Made by a program: the position numbers and the translations under genes
The notes under the pieces: model-generated
What the model saw: only the letters and a program-made list of their open reading frames with translations
Told to the model about the DNA's origin: nothing
Database searches by the model: none
Assembly (NCBI GenBank): GCA_013239625.1
Contig: MU054187.1
Location: 20,056,897-20,120,896 of the forward strand
From: Lama guanicoe
Taxonomy: Eukaryota
DNA: 64,000 bases
Direction of reading: 5' to 3'
Part shown: piece by piece, positions 25,700 to 38,340 of the stretch
Layout: the number at the start of each line of letters is the position of its first letter
Numbering within the stretch: position 1 is the stretch's first letter

Positions 25700-27116
25700 C
25701 CTTTCAACCTAATTTTATTACTAGATAAAGGCACAGCTGTGTCAATGGGTGATCACACAAGAGTAAAGAAACTTAAATATTCAGATCGTTAAGATTAGCA
25801 GACAATCAGCCTGAAGTTAGACCTCTGCTTCCACTAAGCCTCATAACACAGACACAGTATTTACTTAAAAAAATCAAATCAATACTATTTTATGTGTCCC
25901 TACGTTATATGTGTCAATCTGCCTCTCACTCTCTCTTTCGTTGCTCTCACAAGATTTTCTCATTTGAGGTCCCCAAAGATCAGCTCCGATAAGCTATATT
26001 GCCTTGGTGTCTTCTCTTGTCACTTTTGACACTGATTGACCCTATCTGGCTCAAAGAAGTGGTAATACACTGCTTTAGTCTTGCTCTTTTCCTTGTTTCC
26101 TTTGTGACAAAAGAAAAGATTATGAACCTCTTGATAAAAGTTTGAACTAGTGTCTGTGTGGGCAAAATAAAAAAACTACAGAGAAATGTCTTTTTCACAC
26201 ATTTTCAGTTTTTTCTCTTCCTAAAGGGCCCTGTAGTTAAATGCATGAATTTTACTGTCCAGCACATAGCAGCGTAATGTTTATCATTGTTCATTGCAAC
26301 CCCCAGAGATATTTAGATATGAATTTCCAGGAAATTTCATCTGGGTCATATGTTCATATAAATAAAAGAAAGCTGATCAAAATGGACTACTGCTTCATAA
26401 CACTAATAAATTCAAATAAATGCAAATGCTCTGCTAGCTAACATAAATTTTGGTTTTATCTACCTATGAAATTGTTAGTTCATGGTCAGACAGTGCTTAT
26501 CAAACAACTTTGCTTATTGCAAAATACATAGGGACAAGTAAGTGTGATTTAAAAATAATGACTCATCTTTTAAATGTTTGATTCACTTGTCCTTAGAATT
26601 CTTTTTATTGATTAATTGCCAAAATTAAGAGAAGTTTTGAAGTGAAATAAAGCCTAGGGAGTCCCAGTCAGTCAAGGGGAGGAGAGGAACCTAGACAACC
26701 AGTATCAAGGTGGTCTTACTGTCTGGTCCGTCTTCCCATCTTTCGCGGTCCTTTCTCTCCCCATCTCTGACGTTCTCTCACGATCCTTCTAATCTTGGCT
26801 TCTGAATCCACTTTACTCCAAGTTTAAGCACACTCCAAGCAGCAGGATTTGATAATGATTCTTTTGTTCAGCTAGTCTCATCTTTGTTTTGTTGCTAGTC
26901 AGCCTTGGTGGGTGTCTCGGCTGGTCTCTCAGACTTCAGCTCGTTGGTGACTGTGTGCTTTCCTGAGATTCAGTTCTTAACTAACCGGCTACCTGGTTTC
27001 TGGGTGACCTGCTCACAGCAAAACAATGTCCGGGTGACTTTCTTATTGGACATCCTTGTCCTCATTGACTGAGTTACCATGACTGTATTCCAAGGATTCC
27101 CAATTCTTCTCTCCAT

Positions 27117-27161
27117 CACACAAAGACACAGACACACACACACACACAGACACACACACAT
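27117..27161 (+). repeat. Interrupted (CA)n microsatellite
   Basis: cacacaaagacacagacacacacacacacacagacacacacacat. Confidence 0.9.
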
Positions 27162-28984
27162 ACAATGACTCCTACTTAACTCAAACTCTTAAGTCAACTT
27201 TTCCTTCAGTGATATCTATCCATTTATATTTCTTTCTTTTGTTTTAAAAGGATAGAGCCAAGCTCTTCTTTTCAGAATTATTTTTTGTATGTAATTTAAA
27301 TTCCTTTGACATTCTTTAATTAAGTTGGTTCGAAGAGTGTGAGAAATGTAAATTAGCCCCATCCATACATAAAGATGAATATTTTAAATTTCAGGGAAAA
27401 AAAAAAGATCACTCTACCAAAGACCTGGGAATAATAATTGAAAAGAGAATTATCTTTAGGTTTGTCTGAAATCATCCCAAACCTAAAGTTATTTCTGTCA
27501 TCTAAATTCAAGTCTGTATGATAAGTTTTAAACCTGAAAATATTAAGAACATTCAATTCTTATTAAAATAAGAACATAAGATATTGATGTTTTTCTTCTA
27601 GAACTTGGTTCTTTGATGATTTAGGACCTTGACCTTTGCATAGTAATGTCCTTTGTTTCTGGCTTTGTTTTCATCAAAATGAGTATATAATTAATTGTGT
27701 TGGATTAATATTATATCTCATTAGTTATACATTTTGACTTTCTGCTTTTAAATACCATGCTTGCTAATTCTTGACTAAACATTTCACCTGTTTGGTGTGT
27801 GTAATAATACAAAGGCATTTTACCAATAAATTAGTGATGGCATTCTGGCTTATAATATATTTCATTGAAATGTGAGCTAGTGTGCCTTCTTCAAGAGAAC
27901 ACATGCAGACAAGGACATGATAGCGGCCGCCAAACTGCCAGAATTATTCCTGAGATACAAAGGGTGACTCTCTCTTTCTCTCTCTCTGGATATCTTAACC
28001 TGAATTGGCTTTTGTGTGTTCCTTTGCTTGTTTGTTTTTGTTTGCTTTGTTTTGTTTTACATTGTACTTAAAACTTGCTAACACAGAATGTACTTTTTTT
28101 GTATTTATTATTTTCTACTATAAATTTCTGGGATCCAAGGCAAAATTAAAGAAATAGTTTGAACAGCTTGTCACCTTTCAACTCAATGTATATTAATTTT
28201 GTCATCAATAAAATGATAGAAATATCAACAATTTTATAATATCAGAGTAACTTAGAGCAGATGGGAGAGAAAACTTTATGTAAATTGATACAAAAGCCAC
28301 TCAAATTAGGCTAGGGAAACGGCATAGATGAATCAAGTTAGGAAAAAATTAATAGGAGGCAGAGAAATAGAAATTAGCATTTCTTATAATATATGTTTGT
28401 AAAAAAAGATTATGATGAGCATAATGTATTAGGCATAATGTATTTTGGACTTTTGCTTTTGTTACCAGGAAGTTCAGATTTAGACTTAATGTTGACTCAT
28501 TAGTCTTAGGGGTTGATGTATTTGCTTTTTCTGCATCACTGATTCTAAACAGCCAAGCAAAGACAAGCCTCCCTTAGGAAGGGATGTTAGAGTCTGTGTT
28601 CATGAAATTTTTCATCGTATTATTGCATGATTTATAAAAGCATTGAAAAAATTGCGTTTTATTATCTGCACATTTAATTGCCTTATTATGTACAGGGCTT
28701 TTATTGATGTACCTCAAATTCTTTCTAGAAGAACAATTTATATTGCATATTCTTTACTCCGATAAACACATATTTTCCCCTTGAAAAGCTTTAAATAATT
28801 AAAAAAAATGACATAATTAAAAAATAAGCATGGTTAGGTTTAATAAACATTTATCAAATGCTATCACATATAACGTCTTGTAGATAGAAATATGAATGAC
28901 CCAATTTCTTCCCACCTGGTAAATCTTGGTAAGGAGATGAATATTTGAAGGCATCATTTTAGCACAGTGTTTTTCATGAGAAAT

Positions 28985-29215
28985 AGCAGCTGCAGAGATG
29001 TTAAAGCTAAAAGACTCTGGAGTCAGACTAACTGAATTTGGATTCTCAGCTTTGCAACTGACGAGCTGTGTGGTCTTTCGCAAGTTGATTAACCTTTCTG
29101 TATTTCTATTCCATTAGGCAAGAAAGGATAATAATATTAACTACTGCATATGGTGGTTGTCTGGATTCCATAATTAATGTGTGTGACATGCTTAGCCTAG
29201 AGCTAGAATTATATT
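28985..29215 (+). mobile_element. MIR
   Basis: gactctggagtcagac...agctgtgtggtctttcgcaagttgattaacctttctg...ggataataata. Confidence 0.75.
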
Positions 29216-29239
29216 ATTAACCAAATATAATGCATCATT

Positions 29240-29720
29240 GTGACCAGTGGAGCTTAGATTGGTTAGGGACGACTTCTGGGAAATCTCTCTTGCAAAGATT
29301 ATTCTGGCTCTTGAAGGCTGAATAAAACTTCTCCAAATGAAGAAAGGGATTGTAGAGAAGCCCGGGAATGGAGGGGGATGAGCAGGTGACAGAGACAAAT
29401 GGATGTGATGTTATAATGTTGAACTGTCATCAGTTTTATATGACTGAATTGCAAAGTGCAAGGTGGAGACTGGAAGGAACACTAAAGAGATAAGCAACAG
29501 CTTGATCACGTGAAGAATTGTATGTCCCTTGAAGGAGATTTGCCTCTACCTTGTGGGTGATGGCTATAAATTAAAAGTTTTTTTTTTTCTTTTAAAGGGA
29601 GGGAATTGGTTGGTTTAGATTTTGCACAGGTCTCTTTGGGCACAACAGGTTGAGAGAAATAAGTTGGGAGGCAGAAAACAGCTTATGAACCTACTGAAAA
29701 TTGCACTGGATAATACAGAT
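29240..29720 (-). mobile_element. L2 fragment
   Basis: ggttagggacgacttctggg...ggctcttgaaggctgaataa...aaggagatttgcctctaccttgtgggtgatgg. Confidence 0.5.
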
Positions 29721-30409
29721 TGCAATGCGCTCTATTTATAAGGATTAATTTACAGATGTTTGAAATGCTACTTATTTCCCTTGCTTATTTTACATTTTAA
29801 AACTTCAGTGAGAAGAGAAAAATTTAGTAGGAGGCACGAATTCTCACGGGCAGAGCAGAAATGGGAGAAAATGGACATCGTTGCTGGTCGTATTTCCCAG
29901 AAAGAAAAAGGTGACTTCATATTGTATTACCATTACGATGATTTCTATATGTTTTTGTAGAAAATTTGTGAACGTCCTATACGATAATTACACATATATG
30001 GGCAAAATAAATAATGTGATTCCTTCCCTTTTCTATTTTATAAAAGTAGTAGTAGCATAGTAGCCGTGGTGGTTTTGTTATAGCTACTTTGGTAAGGAAA
30101 ATTAGATTATATCTGAATTACAATAAGAAAATGAAAAAGCATTTGCATTCATGTCTGCTCATCTGTGTAAGGTCTTGCATCAGGAATTATTTTCCTTTCT
30201 ACTGGTGACAGCTTCCCTTGCAAATTGAGACAATATCATTATTGCTTGACTTTTTAATACAAATATGCTGTTGATCATTAGGAAATACTGGCATTCTTTC
30301 CCTCGTGCTTAATCTGTGATCTTATTAAAGTCGCCGTGCGTATGTCCGCTGGGGACTCTGGAATGAGATACGCAGGAAGCCCAGGTACTTCTTTCTGTAG
30401 AGCACACGC

Positions 30410-30600
30410 TAGGCTCACAACACCCTGTGTGCGAGCCACACAAGCCCTTGCTTGTAGAAAGAGCCGTGCTTTCCTTTCTGTGTCTGGGGAGATTGTGACT
30501 CGCGCTGGTGACTTGGCCAAGGAGTCGTCTGAAATGTATATCCAGGCTTTTTGACTTTGGATCCAAAGGCCTATTTTCTATTATAGCATTGTTCTGTGTC
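30410..30600 (-). mobile_element. Diverged MIR
   Basis: ctcacaacaccctgtg...gtgacttggccaagg...ccaggctttttgact...ccaaaggcc. Confidence 0.45.
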
Positions 30601-31101
30601 CTAAGGGGAAAAAAAAGGAATCAGAATTGTAGCCCAGAGTCATAGATATGTAAATTTTAACCCTATGAATGAAGATAGTAAAATGGTATTTGGGACATTT
30701 GAGAATTTACTCTGAAGTAAAGAAAATAGCGAATCTGTGAATTAAGTCAAAGAAAAACCTGCATCGACAACTACAAAAAAAAGCCAAAAGCAAAATCCAG
30801 GCATGAGAGATGCTTAATTTCTTGAGCGCATTATGTAAATCTGTCCAGTTTACCCTTAGAACAATTCATCGAGTGAGTTATAGTAACAATCATATCACAA
30901 ATAGGTTAAGATTAAATCATGAATATGTACCAAAGGCCAAGTATAGTATCTGGGAATTTAAGTTCTCAATAAATATTGGGACCTTTCTTTTCCTTAGGTA
31001 ACTTTACAGACCTTTGATTGAATTCTTGGAAGATGAGTTCCTTAGACGTTAGAAATGCTTGGCTTTTGACTAGGTTGTTCCTCAGTGAAAGTATGGCCTA
31101 G

Positions 31102-31119
31102 GGCCAGTAGGGGGCAGCA
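31102..31119 (+). promoter_or_regulatory. Candidate CTCF site
   Basis: GGCCAGTAGGGGGCAGCA closely fits the CTCF core CCASYAGRKGGCRSY; motif match only. Confidence 0.55.
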
Positions 31120-31876
31120 GAGCACTAGTCCCAAATCCAGAAATCTGGGCGCCACCTCCTGAAGGTATTTTACAGGGCAAGTGAGACTAGACCTTGGACT
31201 TTCCCAGAGATGCAGATTGGTTGGGAAAGGACACCAGAGCTAACTGTTTCCTCCATGAGTTCCCAGTATAAATGGTCCTTTACTGACACAAACGAAACCT
31301 TGATCATAATCTTTGCAATGCGTATGAATAGGGCAAGGTTAAGGATGTCAACTGAAGGATGTACAAAGTATGTTTGGGGGGCAGTGGGTAGAGCAGGGAG
31401 CCCTAGGAATTAGGCTGAGGGCAGAATCAGATGCCCTGACTCTGTTGAATCAAAGTGCATTACATCTTTCAGTTCTCTTGATTTAATTGGACGAAATAGG
31501 TCATGGGATAAAAATAAAGTAAAATTCTAATGGCAGAACTCAGCTTTTACCATATCCTGATGTTTATGCTTTAGAGATTCATCCTCTTCTGGTAGTTAGA
31601 GGGATCTTAGTTTAATTTTTCTTATTCAGTAATGTTTTATTAGAGCCAATGGTAGGTAATTAAAGTTCTTTTCCTTATGGTAACCACATTTACCTGCTTC
31701 CAGAAGAACATCAGCTAAAAGGGAAGACAAACCTCTTTTTCTGAGATCGTAAGCTATGATGGAACTAGGCTGAGAACTGGAGGTGGTAAGGTTATCTTTA
31801 GGAAAACTTTCTGTCTCCTTAAACTCTTTCTAGACTATGAAAACATTTTCTTCATCTATGGGCACATATTTTGAAT

Positions 31877-32509
31877 TGATGCAGGGAAAACAGATGTGGG
31901 GCATGAGAAGGGCCATGTCCCAGGCTTTGGTTGAGCCCCTGGGATGTGCCCCGCCAAGTGTGGGTCCTTGGCTTTGCGCAGGAAAGAATTCAAGAGTGAG
32001 CCACACTTGAGTAAAAGTAGATTTATTCAGAGAGAAACATTGAAACGCAAGAGAAAGGCCATGAGGTGTGGGGGTTGGATACTCAGATTAAAAGTAGGTA
32101 CACACTCCATAGGCAGAGTGTGGGCCGTCTCTGAAGAGGGAGAGAGAGGGGGTGGCAGCCATGAGGCATCCTGTTGCCAGTTTTTATGGGCTCAGTGGCT
32201 TCGTATGCTAATAAGTGGAAGGACCAGTCTAACTAGCCTAGGGAGGGGCTGGGATTCCCAGGAAGTTGGCCATTTCCCACTCGTTGACCTTTTGTGGCCA
32301 GCCTTGGCACTGCCCTGGTGCCTGTGGGCGTGTTATTCACCATGTTAATATATTACGATGGGGGTATAATGAAGCTCAAGTCCTGCTAGAAGTCAAATCG
32401 CCCACCATCCTGAGCCTCAAGGCCTCCTGGGGGTTGAATCTTTCACCATTTTGATGTTAATTGCTGTAGCTTTCCTTGAATGGCTGTGCCCTGCCCCCTT
32501 CCTGTCTCA
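31877..32509 (-). mobile_element. ERV1-class solo LTR, MER41-like
   Basis: TG...CA termini, 4-bp TSD GAAT (31873-31876 and 32510-32513), ggtccttggctttgcgcaggaaagaattcaagagtgagcc and actccataggcagag recall MER41; AATAAA on minus strand near 32025. Confidence 0.82.
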
Positions 32510-32730
32510 GAATGACTGCTTTCTTAAATATCCCCTCATATGTGAGTCAGCGACTTGTTACTCAAGAGCATCTCCAGCACCCTTGCATTCGATCTTTTAC
32601 CCTCAGGAAAGATGCTTAAATCTCGAGTTTCAAGACATTCCACTCCCAGAGTGACGATGACTTGTCACTCGCTCCTATTCAGTCTCAAAGTGCTCTGGAG
32701 GACCTTCTGCTCTTAGACAGTCTAGAGAGG

Positions 32731-33154
32731 TGTTATGGCTTGAGTTATGTGCCCCCCGCCAAAGTTCATATGTTGAAGTCCTAACTCCCAGTACCTCAGA
32801 CTGTGACCTTATTTGGGAATAAGGTTGTTGCAGGTGTTAATTAATGAAGCTGAGGCCGTTAGATAGGCCTTAATCCCATGTGACTGTTGTTCTTGTAAAA
32901 AGGGAAAATTTGGACACAGAGACAGAGGACCACACAGGGAGTTCCACTGGAGTTACTGGCTGCAGCCAAGGAGCTACCTGAAGCCAGGAGAGAGGTCTGG
33001 AACAGACTTCCCTGGAGCCTTCTGAGGGATCAGAGTCCTGCTGACAACTTGCTCTTGGACTTTCAGTCTCCAGAACTGTGACAAAAGAAGTTTCTGTTGT
33101 TTAAGTCACTCAGTGCGTAGCACCCTGTCGTGGCAGCCCCAAGGAGCTAACACG
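32731..33154 (+). mobile_element. MLT1C/B-type MaLR solo LTR
   Basis: tgttatgg...ttcatatgttgaagtcctaactcccagtacctcag...gaagccaggagagagg...ccagaactgtga; perfect 5-bp TSD AGAGG. Confidence 0.9.
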
Positions 33155-33383
33155 AGAGGGAGGCAAATAGATCTGCTGGGCGCCCTGTTGGTAGGAAAAG
33201 TGGCTTATTTCTCAGGAGAACATTCTCAGCAGGACAATCTCTTTTAAGAAATTGTTCCTTGTCACTGAAACGGCACTAGAAATGTCACCTATTACATATA
33301 ATTTAATTTCCATTTTTTCCTTTTACCACGTAGACAGTAGTCAACTCCATCAAGATTCGCTTTAAGATTAAATTCATAAGCTT

Positions 33384-33630
33384 GGGAAAAGGGGGAGGGA
33401 TAAACTGGGAGTTTGGGATTGGCAGATACAAACTTATGTACAGAATAGATAAACAAGGTCCTGCTGTACAGCATAACGAATTACATTCAATGGCTTGTAG
33501 TGACCTGTAATGAAAAAGAATATGAAAAAGAATATATATATGTATGTATAACTGAGTCACTGTGCTGTACACCAGGAACTAATACAACGTTGTAATAAAA
33601 AATATATAACATGCAAAAAATAAAATAAAA
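33384..33630 (+). mobile_element. L1 3' end
   Basis: gggataaactgggagtttgggattggcagatacaaac...gtgctgtacaccagg...A-rich tail. Confidence 0.85.
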
Positions 33631-34233
33631 TTTAAAATCTCCTGAAAGTCCTAGGGTTGTATACGTCATCACTTTCTGCACTTCTGGATTGATTACTTTA
33701 CAGATCTCTCTTCCACAGTTCCTTTGATGACATCAGCGTCGTGCATCACCAAGGTTATGAGACAGGTGGGAAATACAATCGAATGTCATTAAGGTACTGT
33801 AAGACCTGTGAATAGGAAACATGAAGATAAATGAGAAAATACGAAATTCAGTAAAAACGGTTATTTGCAATTTTAGCAGTATGTGGATATTCATATGGTG
33901 AAATAAAAGACTGAATTATAACATTTTGACCCTTAGGTTGTAAAAGTATGCACTGGAGCATCCTATCTGAAAAGTGTGCAGTGGAGTCCTCAGGTGGCAA
34001 AGTGAGTATGAGAAACAGCTCAGTGTGTCCCGCTTTGGGGGAGGAGGAATCGCTCCGGATACACGCAGCCCCCCCCCCATCATTTCAGTGGCTGGTTGGT
34101 GCCTCCAGCTTCTTGAATGATAACCAGCACACGTGAGGTGATGAAAATGTTCCCTCGTTGGACAGGTATCTTTCCAATATGAAAAGGTTAGAATTGAAAA
34201 TAGAAATAACATAATAAGTCAAACCTACCTTGA

Positions 34234-34713
34234 TGTGGCAACAAAAACTACTGCAAACCGTATCAGTAAACAAAGAACGCTGAAGCCACGAAGTCATCAG
34301 CGGCAGCCGCCACCCCCCCAGTGAAGACAAGCCTGCAGCCTGGCCTCTGCAGCCACTCACAGTGGTGCCCCCTGAGGGGACTCAGAACAAGAAAGAACAG
34401 GACACTGGCCCTAGGTAGGCAGGTGCTTGTCAAAGGAATGAATTCAGTGAGCCCAAATCTTTGCTTCCTCCCATACGCAGAAAAGGACTAAATTGTTTAA
34501 CTTGAGATGCCTGGTTCTCTTTAGGTAACAAGTAATCTTTCATTGTTCCAACTACCTGGTCTCTGTTGTAAAGCCCCTATGTATCCTAGCTCCTCCTCTG
34601 CCTCTTGGGAGCAGCCCCTCAGGGAGATCTGACAGGCTGTCCTCCCGGCTCGAGTCCTCCCGCCAAATAAAACAACTTTCAGCTTTTAGGCTGCACATTT
34701 ATTTCAGTCAACA
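34234..34713 (+). mobile_element. ERV1-class solo LTR (LTR39/MER39/MER34-like)
   Basis: tatcagtaaacaaagaa...ccctgaggggactcag...gtcctcccgccaaataaaac...ttcagtcaaca end; exact 5' end uncertain. Confidence 0.7.
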
Positions 34714-36599
34714 GGTGTTAGAGTTAGTATTAATACATGAAATTGGCCTTTTAAGTGTTTATACTGTTTAAGAGAACTTGAAAGTAGACAGACTTTATTA
34801 GAGTAAAATTTACAACTTCAAATGTGCAATTGACTTTAGACTTACAAGTTCAAGATGAAAAATGTAAAGGAATTTGCCCAACATCCTAAACTGTATTGGG
34901 ATAATCAAAGTAAATTGAGTAACTGTATTTATAAGTTTAATTTGCCAGATTCTCAAAAGTTATTTTGAAGTACTTGGGAAGGTTTTGCTTGTTAAATCAT
35001 ACATCTGAAGAAAATAAAAGTAAAATAGAATGATTAAATCTTTAGATGGATTCAAATGTGAATTATAAGTAGGTTGCATTTTTCTGAGGGGGTTTAGCTT
35101 GTTTAAATTGAACTAATCAAATAAAGGAAAAAAGAAGATTGATTTAGATTAATTAGATTAATAAATGCAATAACACTATTTGTACACTGAAATTATGAAG
35201 AAAGTCCTATTTCCCTTTCCTTTAAGATATTGATATTAATTTTAAATCTAAGAAACTGTAGATAGCACTGTCTATGAATAAAGCAATCATGGGCATCATG
35301 AAATTCATTTTGACACCGTGCTTTAGCCTAAAGTTTTGTTATGAAACAGACACATGAAACTTGGCGATTCTGGGCTTTGAGCTCTTACCTCCCCAGCAGT
35401 ATCAAACGGTACAAACTCTGACAGGTGCTGTTGTCAGACGCTGTCAGTTTCTTCCCATGAAAGAGTTTTGAATATGAAAGGACACCCAGCTCCAGCACCT
35501 CATTTTCAAGAGATTCACCAGATCTCGCGTTTTGACTTTCAGTGTGGGAACCGCTGCTGTTTGAGAAGTTCTGCTTTAGGGCCTCTTTGCCCTGTGGCAA
35601 GATCTCTATCTTGCGTGCTCCCTAAAGTGTGGTTTCGAAGGACTTATTACGCAGCCTTCTGCTGTGACATTGTCAGATCACAAGGTTCTGTCTATTTGTG
35701 CCATAAGAAAGGAATTATTTCACTCTTTGTCATACCGTGTATCAAACAGACGTGTGACACTCCTTTAAGGGAGCAGCAGGGAGTCGATGGCATCAGCATA
35801 ATTTAGAGTTCACGGAGGGAGCAGTGAGTTCAGCCATGTTGCTGCTCCTGGTGATTCTCAGACTGCCAAAGATGCCCCTTAGGGAGTTTGGAAAGTCATC
35901 TGCATTGGAATTCTGCATTATATTTCTGCTTCTTGAATTAACAATTCTCTGCCTGAGGGTGAGCTGCTTTGTAAGGAACTTTTGCAGTATCTGTAAGGCC
36001 ATTGGTCCATGAGGGGCCTGTGGGCACAGACCTTTCTAATTCTTAATTCTTGAAACTCAGTTTTATGTAACTATTTTAACTGGCTCTGGAGGGTTTCAAG
36101 ATTTAGTAAGATGTGCACAATAGATGAGTTTGTTTGCTCTCTGTATTTTCTTTTGTTTGCACTTAGTTTCGTTCTATTTTTTTTTTTTTCTTCCTGCTTG
36201 CAGAACAAATTGTGACACCTTCCCTTGGTCTGTCTTTGGTGAAGATGGAAGCCAAGGTAAGGGGCTTTGGTTTGGGCCATGGCATGGAAGCCCGCTGGCC
36301 AAGGATTGGGCATTTGACTCTGGTTCCTGAGACATGCTTTTGGTCAAATTAATTAGTTAGCCTGGACACATTTTGAAAGAAAATGAAAGTTGTAATAATC
36401 TCAATGCATTTATGCAGGTTGCTGTGGGAAATGTCTTTCCTTCTACTTTGTGTTTGCCCAAGGATTTTATAAGCATGTGCTACTTAGTCATAGGTTAAAC
36501 AATTACAGCACTGGTGCTTTTACAATTAAAGTCAGTATAATTCAGTATGTCAAGAAAAGCATTTTTTAGTTTTATTTTTACATTATTTCTTTCTCAGTG

Positions 36600-36692
36600 A
36601 ATCGCATACCTCTTTATCTTTGTATCCAATTTTCTAGCACAGTGCCTGGTACAAGACACTCTAGAAACACTGGACAAATGAATGAGTGAATC
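36600..36692 (+). mobile_element. L2 3' end
   Basis: tttatctttgtatcc...ctagcacagtgcctggtaca...aatgaatgagtgaat. Confidence 0.7.
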
Positions 36693-36704
36693 ACCATTCT
36701 CTGT

Positions 36705-37121
36705 TTGTTAACTATAGTCACATAGCAAGTTGCCCCGAAACTTACTGGCTTAAGCCAACAACAGAGATTGATTATCTTGGACAGTTTCTGTAGGCCATGA
36801 ATTTGGAATTGACTTAGTTGGGTGGTTTGGGTTCAGCATCTCTTATGAGGTTATAATCAAGATGTCTGGATCTATTCTTGGAACTCCTTGTGCGTGGTCA
36901 CATCATAGGAGCTGACTTCCCCTAGAGCAAATGATCCCAAAGAGAACAAGGCAGAGCCGCGGTACCTTACAGTCTAGTCTTGGAAATCACACACCGTCAT
37001 TTCCATAGCATCCTGTAGGTTAAACAGGCCAGTCCTGTTTGATGTGGACACACACTGCACAGGGACATGCACCCCAGGAGACAGGGATTCCTGGGGCCAG
37101 CACAGAGTCTGGCTAATGTAC
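36705..37121 (-). mobile_element. MLT1 LTR (MLT1F/H-like)
   Basis: ccccgaaacttactggcttaagccaacaac...gctgacttccctagagc...ttggaaatcacacaccgtcatttcc...ggggccagcacagagtctggcta. Confidence 0.7.
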
Positions 37122-38109
37122 ATTAAAGATGCTTTAAATCTGACGAAAGTTTTCACAATTATTAATTCACTTAGTCATCTAGTTCAAGTATTTTACTTTA
37201 GAATGAGGCAACTGTGGCACAAAAAATAGTCAATTCATTAATATTCTTAAGGCCAAGAAATATCTTCTTAATAAACTCTGAAAATATACGGTGAGAACAA
37301 TGATGTTAAAAACTGTGGATTCGCTGTACTTTTCCTAACTGTTTTCCATACCCCCTGCTGTAAAATTCTATGCATATCCCGACACAGTGGAAAATGTGAA
37401 GCATCTTTATCAGTCTGAGATCCACCCAGTTAAAGCCTGAGCTTTCACAGGAATGAAACAATCTCCGTTAACATCAATAAATCCCTTTTGCTTAAGTGCA
37501 AGAAGTCAATCACAGAAGAATCACAAAGCATAAAGTAACCCATAAAATAACACTGTCAGGCTGCCCTCATAGGAAAAACGAGCAGTGAGGGAGAAAGATG
37601 CTTTCGGAAAGCACACACAGCGTCTCCTGGCAAAGCAAGGGCCAAAAACAAACCACAGTGTATGTTTACGCTAGGATGGCTATTACCTTAAGAAAATCCG
37701 AAGCAGTTTTCCACAAAGAGAAGGTCATTATGAGTGAGAACGATCACTGAATTGAGGCCAGCCTTACTGACAAAGACAGAATGGAGTGGGAGGTGGCTGA
37801 ACGGTTAAGAAAACCATGCAATTCAAATTACATTTTCTGTAATTTTGGCTTATGTTTCTATTACATGTTGTTTTACCTGGATTTTCTGTTTTAACTTTTT
37901 TTTTTTAAATGAGAGTACATATGTCCTCTTTTGTTTGGGACTAGCTAGCTAGGTGGTGATAGTAACACCTTCTCAATAGAAGTCATAGCAGTAAATTATT
38001 TAGAATGGAGGAAGTTACTGTTTTCCCATGAATTACCTAGTTTAGCCAGTTTGGGGTGATTTGGGTTTGAGGAAATCTTCCACCACAGATGGAGAAAAGT
38101 GAGAAAAAA

Positions 38110-38340
38110 GCTCCCACTGTTTTTCTGCATTTATGTGCCAGGCATTGTACAAAAGAGCCTACTTTTATGACCTCATTTAATCTTCACAACAAAACTGATG
38201 AAGGATAATCTGAGATGCAAAGAGCATGAGGAGGCTGAAGATTAGCGGGAGTTATTCTTGTGGTTAGTAGCTAAGGAGCGACAGATCCAGAATTTTCTCT
38301 GACTGCTGAGCTCTTTTTACTACTCCCTGCTGTCTCCCAG
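38110..38340 (-). mobile_element. MIR
   Basis: tatgtgccaggcattgt...ctcatttaatcttcacaac. Confidence 0.6.

Noticed and set aside
26690..27110. Pyrimidine- and CpG-richer tract that might be an old LTR
   Set aside because: No termini, TSD or family motif recognised.
31944..32348. 134-aa ORF
   Set aside because: Entirely within the antisense strand of a solo LTR; no gag, pol or env similarity.
35385..35622. Minus-strand coding exon ending GAG|GTAAGA
   Set aside because: The peptide is unrecognisable, the acceptor is weak and no partner exons were found.
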